A stretch of 64,000 nucleotides of DNA from Candidatus Marinacidobacterales bacterium (GCA_965237955.1 OZ250169.1:8070598-8134597), one strand, 5' to 3'. Positions 1 to 12,346 are shown, numbered from the stretch's first letter. A program made the numbers and translations. Notes: a model not told the origin generated them from the sequence alone.

Positions 1-796
1 GGCATGGTGTTTCATCTGTCATCTAGGCAGAGCGAGGGATTGCTGCGATCGTTGTTCGCTCTGATGAAGCTAGACAATGATGTGCCCGATCACACCACGA
101 TTTCGAGGCGCAAGGCGAAGCTGGGTAAGGTCCCCTTCTACCAAGACAAGCAGAAGACGCCGTTGCACATCTTGATCGACAGCAGCGGTCTCGCTGTCCA
201 CGCCGGCCAGCTGCGCAGAGCACCAAAGAGCAGGGACTATCGCAAGCTCCATCTGTGTGTCGACGAGCAGAGTGGCGAAGTCGTCGCCGGCGAGCTGACG
301 AGCAAAAGAGCCCGCGATTCATCGCGGGTTGCATCGCTTGTCGGACAGATCGACAGTCCCATCTCATCTGCCAGAGCTGACACCGCATACGACGCCAGCG
401 GCGTCTATGAGGCGATCGAGAATCACAGCGCTCATCGCTCGCCGAGGGTGCTAATACCGCCGCGCAAGGGCGCCCAGCTCGCATCGGGGCCGGCGAGCAG
501 CCGACAGCGCAATCGCAACATTGCAGCACAAGCTCGGCTCGGCAAACGAAAGTGGCACACAGAATCGGGCTACAGCAAACGGAGCAAAGTCGAGACAACG
601 TTCCATCGCTACAAGGCTATCGTGGGCTCAGCGATGCGAGCGAGAGGGTTGGCGGCACAGAGAGTCGAGGCAAGGATCGGGTGCAAGATTCTCAACACCA
701 TGACGGCGCTCGGGATGCCTGATAGCGAGATGATCGGATGATGGGAGTCGGGGCCAAGCGAGCTATCGGCCTCTATCGGAGTTGTGCACCAAGGCA
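1..796 (+). mobile_element. IS5-family (IS903-like) insertion sequence, left part outside window
   Basis: Near-identical to the complete copy at 26637-27723; ends with the same terminal repeat GAGTTGTGCACCAAGGCA (779-796). Confidence 0.9.
4..741 (+). CDS. IS5-family DDE transposase (5' end cut by window edge)
   Basis: Motifs VPDHTTISRR, IDSSGL, RKLHL, ADTAYD, YSKRSKVETTFHRYK. Confidence 0.9.
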   Translation: MVFHLSSRQSEGLLRSLFALMKLDNDVPDHTTISRRKAKLGKVPFYQDKQKTPLHILIDSSGLAVHAGQLRRAPKSRDYRKLHLCVDEQSGEVVAGELTSKRARDSSRVASLVGQIDSPISSARADTAYDASGVYEAIENHSAHRSPRVLIPPRKGAQLASGPASSRQRNRNIAAQARLGKRKWHTESGYSKRSKVETTFHRYKAIVGSAMRARGLAAQRVEARIGCKILNTMTALGMPDSEMIG

Positions 797-1219
797 GAAA
801 AGCACTTCACTTCCTGGCTTACCCTCGCGCCCAATAACAAAATCTCCGGCGGGCGACTCCTCAGCTCGAAAACACAACCCTCTGCAAACCGCGCCGCTGG
901 CATTCTCCGCATGGCCGCACTCAGCCTCGGGCGTACACAGACCGCTCTCGGCGCCTACTATCGACGTCTCGCCTATCGCGTCGGTAAATCCCAAAGCCAT
1001 CACCGCCACCGCTCGAAAGCTCGCCATTCTCGTCTACCGCACTCTCAAGGATGGGCTCGTCTATCAAGACCCCGGGGCCGCCGCCTACAACGCTCAAGAT
1101 CGCTCCCGTGCCGTGCGCCGCCTGACCCAACGCGCCGCTGACCTCGGTTTCGCTCTCATCGACACTCAAACGGGCGACGTCGTTCAGGCGGTAGTTTCTT
1201 AGGAGAATGGGCTTGACTC
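797..1219 (+). pseudogene. IS110-family transposase 3' fragment
   Basis: EKHFTSWLTLAPNNKISGG...AITATARKLA; same sequence as 11182-11600 (minus) with one extra C causing a frameshift; cut by the IS5 end. Confidence 0.9.
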
Positions 1220-1247
1220 GCGGACAGCCCTTCGACCATGCGTACGT

Positions 1248-2321
1248 CTAATCATATTTGGGAAGTATGGCTAATTGTTCGGCAAGAGGTTTTTCCAAGA
1301 AGAGGTCAAATTCAGCGGAGAAATCCTCCGATGACATCCCGAAGGTTTTTTGGAACGCTCCTTCCCACCCAAGTTCGTTGAGACTGGGATAGAAGGTGTC
1401 TAGTAGCGCTTCCTGGCCTACCTTGTTTAGCAGATAAGCATATGCCCAGGCACCCAAATCATAGGCCGCACCCGAACAATCATTGTCGTAAGTAAGTTCA
1501 TGTAGCTTAGTCCCAGGGCAGTGTTCTTCGATCGTATTCTTGCCGCTTTTCATTTTGTTTTCAAAACTCTGTTCGAAGGAGCTTAAACCACTATTGTCGA
1601 TCGTGGTCAACTTCCCTGAGGCCCACAACTTTCTTACAGTAGTTTGCGCCATGTACTCAGCTCCACCCTCACTAGACCAGACAGGTCCCAGGAGTGCACG
1701 CCTTTCGTCCGGATCGTTTGATTGAAGGTGAGCATGCTGTACGGCGTGAAAGTACTCATGAAATACGGTTTTTTGCTCCCCTCCTGGAGTTCGATCCAGA
1801 AGTTTCGCAAAGCCGAGAGGATACGAAGAAACAAACAGATGAATGCCCCATTCACGCATGCCATTACGTCCCATGGACGTACTCGGCTTCTTATTGGCAA
1901 TGGCATCAGCGCCTACCTTCCGATAGTACTCAAAGCGATGTTTTTCGTTAGGGTCCAGGTTCTCACTTAGGCATTGAGACTTTTCAAAATTCCCACGCTG
2001 CGAGCGACGTTCACAGAATAGTTCAGTAAGGTGCTTGGCAGCCTCTAGATCCGTTCCTAACACCCAATACTCCAGCGGTCCGTAGTTTCCCCATTCGGCA
2101 GTTGCTACAAGCAATGTATTGGTCAAACCGTTACGCACATCGTCAGACAAGTCTGCTGCAAAGAATGTCTCTGGTGGAGCCTCGATAATTTGCCCCCAAG
2201 TGTCTGCTACCGTATCTTCATTCGCCGCGCTTTCTTCTGAAAGAGGATTCTGATTTTGAACGTTGGCACCTACACAAGAAATTAATAATGTTAATCCAAA
2301 GAATAAAAGTAGTTTCTTCAT
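1248..2321 (-). CDS. putative lipoprotein with HEXXH zinc-metallopeptidase-like motif
   Basis: Lipoprotein-type signal MKKLLLFFGLTLLISC; HEYFHAVQ followed by W-x-x-EGGAEY; visibly more AT-rich than its flanks. Confidence 0.7.
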   Translation of the reverse strand: MKKLLLFFGLTLLISCVGANVQNQNPLSEESAANEDTVADTWGQIIEAPPETFFAADLSDDVRNGLTNTLLVATAEWGNYGPLEYWVLGTDLEAAKHLTELFCERRSQRGNFEKSQCLSENLDPNEKHRFEYYRKVGADAIANKKPSTSMGRNGMREWGIHLFVSSYPLGFAKLLDRTPGGEQKTVFHEYFHAVQHAHLQSNDPDERRALLGPVWSSEGGAEYMAQTTVRKLWASGKLTTIDNSGLSSFEQSFENKMKSGKNTIEEHCPGTKLHELTYDNDCSGAAYDLGAWAYAYLLNKVGQEALLDTFYPSLNELGWEGAFQKTFGMSSEDFSAEFDLFLEKPLAEQLAILPKYD

Positions 2322-2452
2322 TGTCGAAAAGCCTCCTATGCACAGCGCATCTTACACTCCCTCGGAAAGTGCGCCAATCTTAGTTGGGAATTGAAACGGC
2401 TCCAAACTCCGTGGTTTGATGGCGTTGGACAAAACAAAATCAAGCCACGAAG

Positions 2453-3016
2453 TGAACCGCCCCGGGTTTCCCGGAGACTCCAACTCTTGAGAGGATGGAG
2501 TCATGACAAGACGAAGCAGGTATTCACCGGAGATGAAAGAGCGCGCAGTGCGGATGGTTTTCGACCAGCAGACTCAGCACGAATCTCAGTGGTCAGCGAT
2601 CTCATCGATTGCGTCGAAGATTGACTGTACGCGGGAAACGCTACGCACGTGGGTGCGGCGAGCAGAGCGTGATGCTGGGAAACGAGCGGGACTGACGACG
2701 GACGAGCGTCAGCGGCTGAAGGAGCTTGAGCGAGAGAACCGTGAGCTAAAGCGGGCGAACGAGATCCTTCGCAAGGCGTCGGCGTTTTTCGCCCAGGCGG
2801 AGCTCGACCGCCGACCGAGGTGAATGTGTTGTTCGTGGACGCGAACCGTGAAAATTACGGGGACGCGCCGATCTGCCGGATGCTTCCGATCGCCCCGTCG
2901 ACCTATTACGAGCAGAAAGCGAGAGAGAAGGACCCAAGCCGCCAGCCAGCGAGAGCGAAGCGCGACGTCCAACTCTGCGGCGAGATTCGTCGTGTACGGC
3001 AAGAGAACTTTGACGT
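2453..3016 (+). mobile_element. IS3-family element, left part (IRL, orfA, start of orfB)
   Basis: IRL TGAACCGCCCCGGG at 2453; orfB stops abruptly at a foreign terminus at 3017. Confidence 0.88.
2503..2823 (+). CDS. IS3-family transposase OrfA
   Basis: RYSPEMKERAVRMV...ETLRTWVR...LERENRELKRANEILRKASAFFAQAELDR. Confidence 0.9.
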   Translation: MTRRSRYSPEMKERAVRMVFDQQTQHESQWSAISSIASKIDCTRETLRTWVRRAERDAGKRAGLTTDERQRLKELERENRELKRANEILRKASAFFAQAELDRRPR

Positions 3017-3052
3017 CGTCGTGTCCAAAAATACAAACGAACTCAAGACCGG
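3017..3052 (-). repeat. rve-element terminus, type B
   Basis: CGTCGTGTCCAAAAATACAAACGAACTCAAGACC; inverted copies end at 8188 and 19308. Confidence 0.75.
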
Positions 3053-3293
3053 CTAGCAACGCGCCCTCGTCGCAACGCTTTAAGGTAGGCCACGCCTGTA
3101 AAGCCAACCCGCGGCTACTGCCACGCTCGCTTTTGGCCTCCATCATTCGGCGAACGGCATTGCCCCTTATTAATGTGGTAGCGGGATGGCTGGCTGTTCA
3201 TCGGCTCATTGTGTCAGTCGCCGTCTCAACTTGATAGCACCTGACAATACCCTAGCACGCTACCGAACCGTCTCACGCTAGAATGGCTTCGTT

Positions 3294-3730
3294 ATGTCGA
3301 AGCTGTACTTTCGGACTCTATGGGCCGGCGTCGCGTCGCCCTTTGCGGCAGCGGGTCTTGGCCTGTTCGTCTATCGGAGCCTGACGCGCGCGAGCGCCGA
3401 CAGGGACGCCGACTTCGTCTTCCGTCTCTCCATAGTCGCGATCGCGATGGCCTTGCCGGGCATCATCACTCTCGTCCTCGCGCTCGCCGACCACCGCAAA
3501 GGAGCCTTCTCAACCGTGAGCAAGGTGGGCCTGATGCTCGGCATTTTGTCGCTCGGTCTCGTGTTCCTTCCGATTCGAGGCGTCGTCGAGCGCGCTACGC
3601 AGGCGCGGAATCTGGCGCTCAGTGACGTCGAGGCGCCGCTTTTCTCGACGGCGGACATCCACGGCAACACTCATCGTCTCGACGAGCATGGAGGAAAGGT
3701 CGTGCTCGTAAACGTTTGGGCGACCTGGTG
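3294..3730 (+). pseudogene. membrane-anchored TlpA/ResA-like thiol-disulfide oxidoreductase, 5' part
   Basis: Three N-terminal hydrophobic helices, then GKVVLVNVWATW; interrupted by IS21. Confidence 0.85.
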
Positions 3731-4144
3731 TGCGTATTCCAGCCATCGTGAACGCCGAATCCAGAGCAAGCTGAACAGCGAATCCGGTGAAGCCGAACGC
3801 TCATCGAAGCGATGAAGTGTTGGGTGACCTCCTTTCCACTGATTGAAAACGTGAACCTATCTTACCTGCGTGTTGTGTAGCAAGGGGCGGCAGGTCGCTG
3901 CCTACGGGAGCGGGCGTAAGGAAAGACGCGAAGCGACCTTCCCGCTCCCGTAGGCAGCGACCTGCCGCGGCCGAACCCCGGGCGATGTGGGGCTGGTTTC
4001 GGGGGGTTGCTGGGGTATGGCCTGGCTCGAGAAGACGTTTCCTGAGGCATTCTCGCGCGTCGTTTTGGCGCCGCATCGTCTGGTACCCCGGGTTTGGCGG
4101 TTTCACCCGTTTTTATCGCATCGACGCTGTGGTCCCTCGCTCGC

Positions 4145-4903
4145 TCATGCATCGGCGTTGTCAAATGCCTTTGGCGCAGCCTTGGTCTTTCTCAGAGAAG
4201 CTCCTTTGAGAGTGATGCGGTGCGCGCTGTGGAGAATGCGATCGCAGATAGCGTCTGCCTGGTTTGGGTCGCCAATCGCTTCGTGCCACTGCTTGAGCGG
4301 AATCTGGGTCGCGATGAGTGTGGAGCCACGCTCGGCGCGGTCTTCGATGACCTCCATTAGATCCCGTCTCTCCGATTCTTTCAGTGGGTGAAGCAGCCAA
4401 TCATCGATAGCCAGTAAGTCCAGCTTGGCGAGTTTCGTCAAAAGCCGGGCGTAGGAACCATCACCACGAGCGACCGCGAGCTCGTGGAGCAAGCGCGGTG
4501 CTCGCACGTAGCATCCGGTGAAGCCGCGACGACAGGCCCGCTCCACGAAGGCGCAAGCCAAGAACGATTTGCCAATCCCCGTCGGGCCGGTGATGAGCAG
4601 GTTATGGCGCTCACCGACAAAGCGGCAGTTGCCCAGGCTCAAGATCTGTTCGCGGTTTAAGCCTCGAGGCGCTTGGAAGTTCACGTTCTCCAAACATGCC
4701 GGATAGCGGAGCTTTGCCGCTCGCAGTCGTCGAGAAAGCTTACGCTGTTCGCGGGCGGTCCACTCGGCATCGACCAGGAGTCCCACACGTTCCTCGAAGC
4801 TCAGCTCCTTGTATTCGCTCGAGCTCAACTGGGTTTCGAACGCGGACACCAAGCCGAACAACTTCATGGCGTTCATCTTTTCTATCGTTTCGGGTGTCAG
4901 CAT
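4145..4903 (-). CDS. istB: IS21 helper ATPase IstB
   Basis: Walker A GPTGIGKS, LLAIDDW, ADAICDRILH; start overlaps the istA stop. Confidence 0.95.
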   Translation of the reverse strand: MLTPETIEKMNAMKLFGLVSAFETQLSSSEYKELSFEERVGLLVDAEWTAREQRKLSRRLRAAKLRYPACLENVNFQAPRGLNREQILSLGNCRFVGERHNLLITGPTGIGKSFLACAFVERACRRGFTGCYVRAPRLLHELAVARGDGSYARLLTKLAKLDLLAIDDWLLHPLKESERRDLMEVIEDRAERGSTLIATQIPLKQWHEAIGDPNQADAICDRILHSAHRITLKGASLRKTKAAPKAFDNADA

Positions 4904-6453
4904 CGGGACTCTCCTCCTTCGTAGTGATCCGCGCCTCGGATGTTCTCGTGCTCCTCTCGCGGTTTCGCTTCGGCGTCCGATTCGAGCACCACACGATCCA
5001 GACCAGCCGAGAGAATGTTTTTCACCGTGCGATAGCTGTAAGAGCTCAAAGCTTCCGCTCGTGCGCAAGCGGCCTCGAGACGCTCACTGCCCCAGCGGCT
5101 GCCTAGTCGCATGACTCCCAGGCAAGAGCGAAATCCCTGCTCCGGGTGAGGCCGACTCTCTAGAATCCCCGCAACCAGCCTTCCCGTGGCGCGACCTGAC
5201 TGCTCCGCCCAGTGGAGCAGCCGCGACGGCGTCCACTCCAGGTGCTCCCGATGCGAACGTGGCATATGCTCCGGGTTCGTGGAGTAGTGCCCCTTTCCTT
5301 TCTTGCGGGGATGCGACGCGACGCGCTTTCCCTTGAACAGGACCTCCACCACCGAGGCCGTCACCCGTGCCTCGACTTTCTCGTGAATGAGCTGATAGGG
5401 AACGCTGTACAAGTTGTTCTCCACCTCCACGTGGTAGTCGATGTTCACTCTGCACCGCTTCCACGTCGATAACTCGTAGCTCTCCTGCGGTAGCGGTTTC
5501 AGTACGGGCCGGTCTAGCCTTTCGTACAACTCCCGCCGACTCACACCGAGCTTCTGCATCGGACGCGCATTCAGGACCTCTAACTTCTCCCAGATGGCTT
5601 CGTTCAGTTCCGCCAGGCTGAAGAACGTGCGATGACGAAGCACCGCCAGGATCCAGCGCTGCGCCACCTGCACTGCCGACTCCACCTTCGCTTTGTCTTT
5701 CGGCTTGAACACCCGAGCCGGGACCACAACCGCACCGTAATGCGTCGCCAGCTCTTCGTACGTCCGGTTGATCCCTGGCTCGTAACGGTCCACCAAATCC
5801 ACGCCGCTCTTCAAGTTGTCCGGAACCCAGATCTCCGTACTGCCACCGAAGTAATCCGACATCCCCTTATGGGCCTTCGCCCACGATTCCAGCGACTGGT
5901 TCAGTGTCGCTTCGACGTAGGTGTAACTGCTCGCGCCCAACGTCCCGACGAACAGCTCCATTTCGACGAGCTCTCCCGTTTTCGGATCGACGATGTGAGG
6001 CTTCTTCCCCGAAAAATCGACGAATGTCTTCTCGCCTGCTCGATGCCGTTGACGCATCGTCGGGTTCAGCTTCTTCTTCCACTGACCGTACAGCTCGCAA
6101 TAACGGCTGTAGCCGTACGCTCCCGGCTTATTCTCCGCGTACTCCACCCACAGCTGCAGCAACGTCAGCTCTCGGTGACGCCTCAGCTCCTCGTGGATGT
6201 GGGCATAGTCCAGACCCGGCCGTGCGCCAGACGAGCCCGGCGGCGGAAACAGCCCTGCCTCCAGCTCCCCGTCGCTCAGCTCCTCCGGGAGCGGCCAGCT
6301 CAGACCACCCTTCTTCGCCTTGGCCAGGTACTCACTCACCGTTCCAACCGCCACGCGAAGTGCCTTTGCGATCATGCGGTGAGTAAAACCCAGCTCGTAC
6401 TTTAACCTTAGAACCTCTCGTATTTTTCTCATCGATAACCTCTTAGCTGCCAT
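4897..6453 (-). CDS. istA: IS21 transposase IstA
   Basis: N-terminal HTH, GEKTFVDFSG, VPDNLKSGV, PKDKAKVE, YSVPY. Confidence 0.95.
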   Translation of the reverse strand: MAAKRLSMRKIREVLRLKYELGFTHRMIAKALRVAVGTVSEYLAKAKKGGLSWPLPEELSDGELEAGLFPPPGSSGARPGLDYAHIHEELRRHRELTLLQLWVEYAENKPGAYGYSRYCELYGQWKKKLNPTMRQRHRAGEKTFVDFSGKKPHIVDPKTGELVEMELFVGTLGASSYTYVEATLNQSLESWAKAHKGMSDYFGGSTEIWVPDNLKSGVDLVDRYEPGINRTYEELATHYGAVVVPARVFKPKDKAKVESAVQVAQRWILAVLRHRTFFSLAELNEAIWEKLEVLNARPMQKLGVSRRELYERLDRPVLKPLPQESYELSTWKRCRVNIDYHVEVENNLYSVPYQLIHEKVEARVTASVVEVLFKGKRVASHPRKKGKGHYSTNPEHMPRSHREHLEWTPSRLLHWAEQSGRATGRLVAGILESRPHPEQGFRSCLGVMRLGSRWGSERLEAACARAEALSSYSYRTVKNILSAGLDRVVLESDAEAKPREEHENIRGADHYEGGESRC

Positions 6454-6673
6454 TTCCTAGATCGTCCTCCTTCCGGGTACGACCTAGAGTTGCCTTGAAA
6501 CGTGCTATCGATGAGCGTTCGCGATGCCGGAACCGGCGTTCACGTTGCCTGGAATCCGTGTTCACCTTCCCCGGAATCGATGTTCACGATCCCCGGAATC
6601 CGTGTTCACGATGCTTTGGAATGGATGTTCACCTTCGGCTGGAATCTGCGTTCACGATGCCCCGGAATACGCA

Positions 6674-6881
6674 CCTGGTGTCCGCCGTGCCGCAAGGAAA
6701 TGCCGGGTCTCGACAAGCTCTATCAGGAACGCAAGAAACAGGGATTCATGGTCTTCGGCCTCTCCACAGAGGACCTCGAAACGCAGCTCGACTTCGAAGA
6801 AAACGTCCTGTCGGTGAGCTACCCCCTTCTGACGATCGAGGGGGACGTCCCCGAGATTTATCAGACGACGGCGCGATACCC
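6674..6881 (+). pseudogene. TlpA/ResA-like oxidoreductase, 3' part (again truncated)
   Basis: WCPPCRKEMPGLDKLY...; cut at 6882 by an rve-type terminus. Confidence 0.85.
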
Positions 6882-7186
6882 CGTCCTGTGCCAAAACTCG
6901 GCCCTTTCGAAATAGACCATAAATCAGCAGCTTAGCGACTGGGCCAAGGGCCCCTAGGCTTTACAGTTACCCCACCCGCAGTCGACCTTCGAGAGCCGCG
7001 CCGTTTCACCGTACGGCAGAGGACGGCGAGCTGCTGCCGAAGAGCGACATTGTCAAGAGCCAGTTCGCGACGAGCCTTGAAGGCGGAGATGAGAGCGCGA
7101 ACAAACGACGAAATCAAGCAGGTATGGTGCCGGCAGACCGGAGACTAATCAAGTTCGGGGCGCCCGGATGAATAAATAGAAGCACA
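6882..7186. mobile_element. miniature non-autonomous element bounded by type A and type C termini
   Basis: Left CGTCCTGTGCCAAAACTCGG, right AATAAATAGAAGCACA; the interior is an integrase N-terminal fragment (ELALDNVALRQQLAVL). Confidence 0.65.
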
Positions 7187-7257
7187 GGTCTGGCGAGGGC
7201 GTGGGCCTAGTTGTCCCCGTCGCCGTGCGCCATCTTGATTGCGAAGGTTGGATTACC

Positions 7258-7608
7258 TCAAGCTTTGCGCAGCCGCTTCACCGCAAGCACCACCAGAACC
7301 AGCGCCAGGATCAAAAGACCGAACATGAGCCCGGGGCTCATCCCGGTCTCCGCTGCCGCCGCCTCATCCGTTTCAGCGGTGGACTCTGCCATTTCTTCTA
7401 CCGATTCGGCAGCCGAGTCCGCCATCTCCCCTGCTGCCTCGACCGGCGAATCCGCCATCTCGCCAGCAGCCTCAGCGGCTTCCCCAGCGGCGTCGGTTAC
7501 CGCTTCCGATTCCTGCACGGCCTCCGATTCCTGCGCGGCGATGGCGTGGGTGAAACCCACTATCAACATAAGAGTTGCGATCGCAGCGAAACCAAAGATT
7601 CTCTTCAT
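7258..7608 (-). CDS. small exported acidic Ala/Glu-rich protein with C-terminal membrane anchor
   Basis: GGGGGGAG RBS, signal peptide ending AIAA, EAAGEMADS repeats, hydrophobic helix then KRLRKA. Confidence 0.7.
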   Translation of the reverse strand: MKRIFGFAAIATLMLIVGFTHAIAAQESEAVQESEAVTDAAGEAAEAAGEMADSPVEAAGEMADSAAESVEEMAESTAETDEAAAAETGMSPGLMFGLLILALVLVVLAVKRLRKA

Positions 7609-7677
7609 CGCTCCCCCCTAATAGAACCCAACAATGCCATATATACAAAATGTGAGAACGATGCAAGCGAAAAAGCC

Positions 7678-7800
7678 AGAGACGTTTGCCCCGAAGCCCG
7701 GCTCGGAGCACACGGTTCTCCTCTCGCAGCTAGTCAATCACATCCTGTTGCTGGCGGTTGACCCAGCCAGCCAGAACGAGCGGTAGGAATTGCACGTGGT
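7678..7800 (-). pseudogene. rve/integrase-core transposase N-terminal fragment
   Basis: Near-identical to about 18990-19112 (LAGWVNRQQQDVID...ENRVLRAGLRGKRL). Confidence 0.75.
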
Positions 7801-7935
7801 CGTTAGATCAAAATACTCATGCGGCTTCCCGATGGTAGAAACGGAGCAACCCCGTATGGTGCAAATAGTACGTCGAGCTCGACGTCGCGTCTGGTCAATA
7901 TACTCGAACGCCCAGCGGGTCAGCAGTTTGCACCT
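7801..7935 (-). repeat. three stacked rve-type termini
   Basis: On the minus strand TTTTGATCTAACG (7801), ATTTGCACCATACG (7853), TATTGACCAGACG (7888); the last extends into a ~47-bp repeat also at 10947-10993. Confidence 0.6.
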
Positions 7936-8002
7936 TTCCAAAGGCTGCTTGAATCCGCCATCGCGGTCGGATACGTATTCCAGTTCAGCGGAAGGAGTCG
8001 CG

Positions 8003-10171
<2,169 letters not shown>

Positions 10172-10276
10172 GATTGCCAATCAGACCAAGAGGAGGGCCT
10201 TGATGCCCGAGGCTTGGCGCTGGTACACCCAGCGGCACCTTCGTCGGAGAATTTCTCAACTTCTACACAAATCTTA

Positions 10277-10774
10277 CTACTTGATCATCGAGAAAATGAT
10301 CGAAGGCACCAATGGTTCACCGGCCGGCTGGATAGCTTCAATGCATAGGTTCGCCTCTGAATTATTAGCTGACATCATGACTTCTACAACATCACCCGCC
10401 TTCAGTGGGACGATTCCCTGCGATATGATGACGTCTTTCGCCCTGCTGTCGGCATCCTGACACAGCTGTACGTTGGAGTTCGCTACATCATCTCCATTAA
10501 CACGTAGCCATAAATCGAAGCAACCATAGGGTCCTCCACCTTCGCGTCCCACTTGGGGTGCAGCGACTATCAGATAGGGTCCGGCTTCACTTACAGTGAT
10601 TTTGTTGTCTTTTAGGGCAAGGCCATTGGCTGCATCCGTGACATCCATTTTAACGACCACGGGTGCATTGCCGGGGCACTGGGTAATCGTTGAGGATGCC
10701 TGCAAATACTGGTCGGCGTTTGCCATACTCATGGATGTCAATAATACAAACACTGTAGAGATAATCTTCTTCAT
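10277..10774 (-). CDS. secreted protein, possible C1q/TNF-like beta-sandwich
   Basis: AAGGAG RBS, signal peptide MKKIISTVFVLLTSMSMANA; pattern ITVSEAGPYLI...LRVNG...LKAGDVVEV. Confidence 0.6.
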   Translation of the reverse strand: MKKIISTVFVLLTSMSMANADQYLQASSTITQCPGNAPVVVKMDVTDAANGLALKDNKITVSEAGPYLIVAAPQVGREGGGPYGCFDLWLRVNGDDVANSNVQLCQDADSRAKDVIISQGIVPLKAGDVVEVMMSANNSEANLCIEAIQPAGEPLVPSIIFSMIK

Positions 10775-10946
10775 GCTCTTGCGCTCCTTTTCAGTCCAGG
10801 TCAAAGCTTTTTGGGCATTCAGCTCAGCCAGTCGGGCAGGCGGTCCCCCTGACACCTGACGATGGCTTGCCGGTCAACTAAGTCAGTACAAGTAGAGTAC
10901 TTTAGCAGAATTTATGGCGTAGTCAAAGGATGCTGGGCAGGTCGTA

Positions 10947-11168
10947 GGTGCAAACTGCTGACCCGCTGGGCCTTCGCGTATTTTGACCAGACGGGTTTTG
11001 GCGCTTTTGGCGCAGGATCTATTCGGTCGCAGCTCCGGAGCTCGTGTTTGTGGGTGTCCATTCGAGTCTGGAGAGACGGTTTCCCGAAGAGTTCGGACGC
11101 CGGGTCGAGAACGCCAGACCGGAGACTAATCAAGTTCGGTGCGCGCGGATGAATAAATAGAAGGCACA
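10947..11168 (+). repeat. tandem rve-type termini (type D ending 10993, type C ending 11168)
   Basis: TTTTGACCAGACG|GG and GATGAATAAATAGAAGGCACA|GG; each is repeated elsewhere in the window. Confidence 0.65.
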
Positions 11169-11181
11169 GGTACCAGCGCAG

Positions 11182-12346
11182 GAGTCAAGCCCATTCTCCT
11201 AAGAAACTACCGCCTGAACGACGTCGCCCGTTTGAGTGTCGATGAGAGCGAAACCGAGGTCAGCGGCGCGTTGGGTCAGGCGGCGCACGGCACGGGAGCG
11301 ATCTTGAGCGTTGTAGGCGGCGGCCCCGGGGTCTTGATAGACGAGCCCATCCTTGAGAGTGCGGTAGACGAGAATGGCGAGCTTTCGAGCGGTGGCGGTG
11401 ATGGCTTTGGATTTACCGACGCGATAGGCGAGACGTCGATAGTAGGCGCCGAGAGCGGTCTGTGTACGCCCGAGGCTGAGTGCGGCCATGCGGAGAATGC
11501 CAGCGGCGCGGTTTGCAGAGGGTTGTGTTTTCGAGCTGAGGAGTCGCCCGCCGGAGATTTTGTTATTGGGCGCGAGGGTAAGCCAGGAAGTGAAGTGCTT
11601 TTCAGTAGGCCATCGGTTCATATCGGTACCGATCTCGGCGAGCAAGCGAAGCGCGGAATAGGGTCCGATGGCGTCGATCTGGGAGAGGTCGACCCCGGCG
11701 ATCTGGTGGAGGAGAGGCCGGAGCTCGAACCGAGGTTCGTTCACTCGGGGCTTGCGCGATTTTCGAGGCGGTGGCAAGGAGGTGTTCGGGGTTGAGCGTT
11801 GAGCTAGAAGCTGCAGGTGCGATTCGATGGCCACGTCACAGGTTTGGATCTGGAGCTGAAAAGCATCAAAGAGTTCGAGGTTCTGCTTGAGAGCGAAGAG
11901 GTGCTCGGGGCGATAGTTGCCGGTGAGTGCAGCGGCGATCTCGGCCTCGGAGGACTGACAACGGTGGTCACGGTGCTTAGCGAGCCGATGGGGGTCGGTT
12001 TGTCCGGCAACGATGTCTCGTAGAATCCGCATGCCAGTGACACCCGTGATATCAGTGACCACAAGGTGGAGTTGAAGATTCATTTGCACGAGAGCCTTCT
12101 GCATGCGCTGGATATGGGTTACCGCACTCTGAACGAGAGTCTCTCGGTGGCGGAGGTAGCCACGCAGGGCGGTGATGGCTGCTTCGGGTCGAAAGCTTCC
12201 GCGGAGCAACCCCACGCTGTGCAACTCCCGGAGCCATTCGCAATCGCTGACATCGCTCTTGCGCCCCGGGACGTTTTTGACGTGGCGCGCGTTGACCAAG
12301 AGGACCTGGAAGCCACGGGCTTCGAGGATTTCATACAGGGCGATCC
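11182..12346 (-). pseudogene. IS110-family transposase, 5' truncated
   Basis: NARHVKNVPGRKSDVSDCEWL, IDAIGPYSA, AEIG; N-terminus replaced by a type A terminus at 12347. Confidence 0.9.

Larger units (their letters stand above)
3731..6673 (-). mobile_element. IS21-family element, complete
   Basis: Termini TGCGTATTCC / GGAATACGCA; 7-bp target duplication CCTGGTG (3724-3730, 6674-6680); istA-istB; repeated GTTCACGAT-like boxes at 6530-6660. Confidence 0.95.

Noticed and set aside
6510-6670. Regularly spaced GTTCACGAT/GGAATC repeats resembling a CRISPR array
   Set aside because: About 22-bp period with no unique spacers and no cas genes; these are the usual subterminal repeats of an IS21 end.
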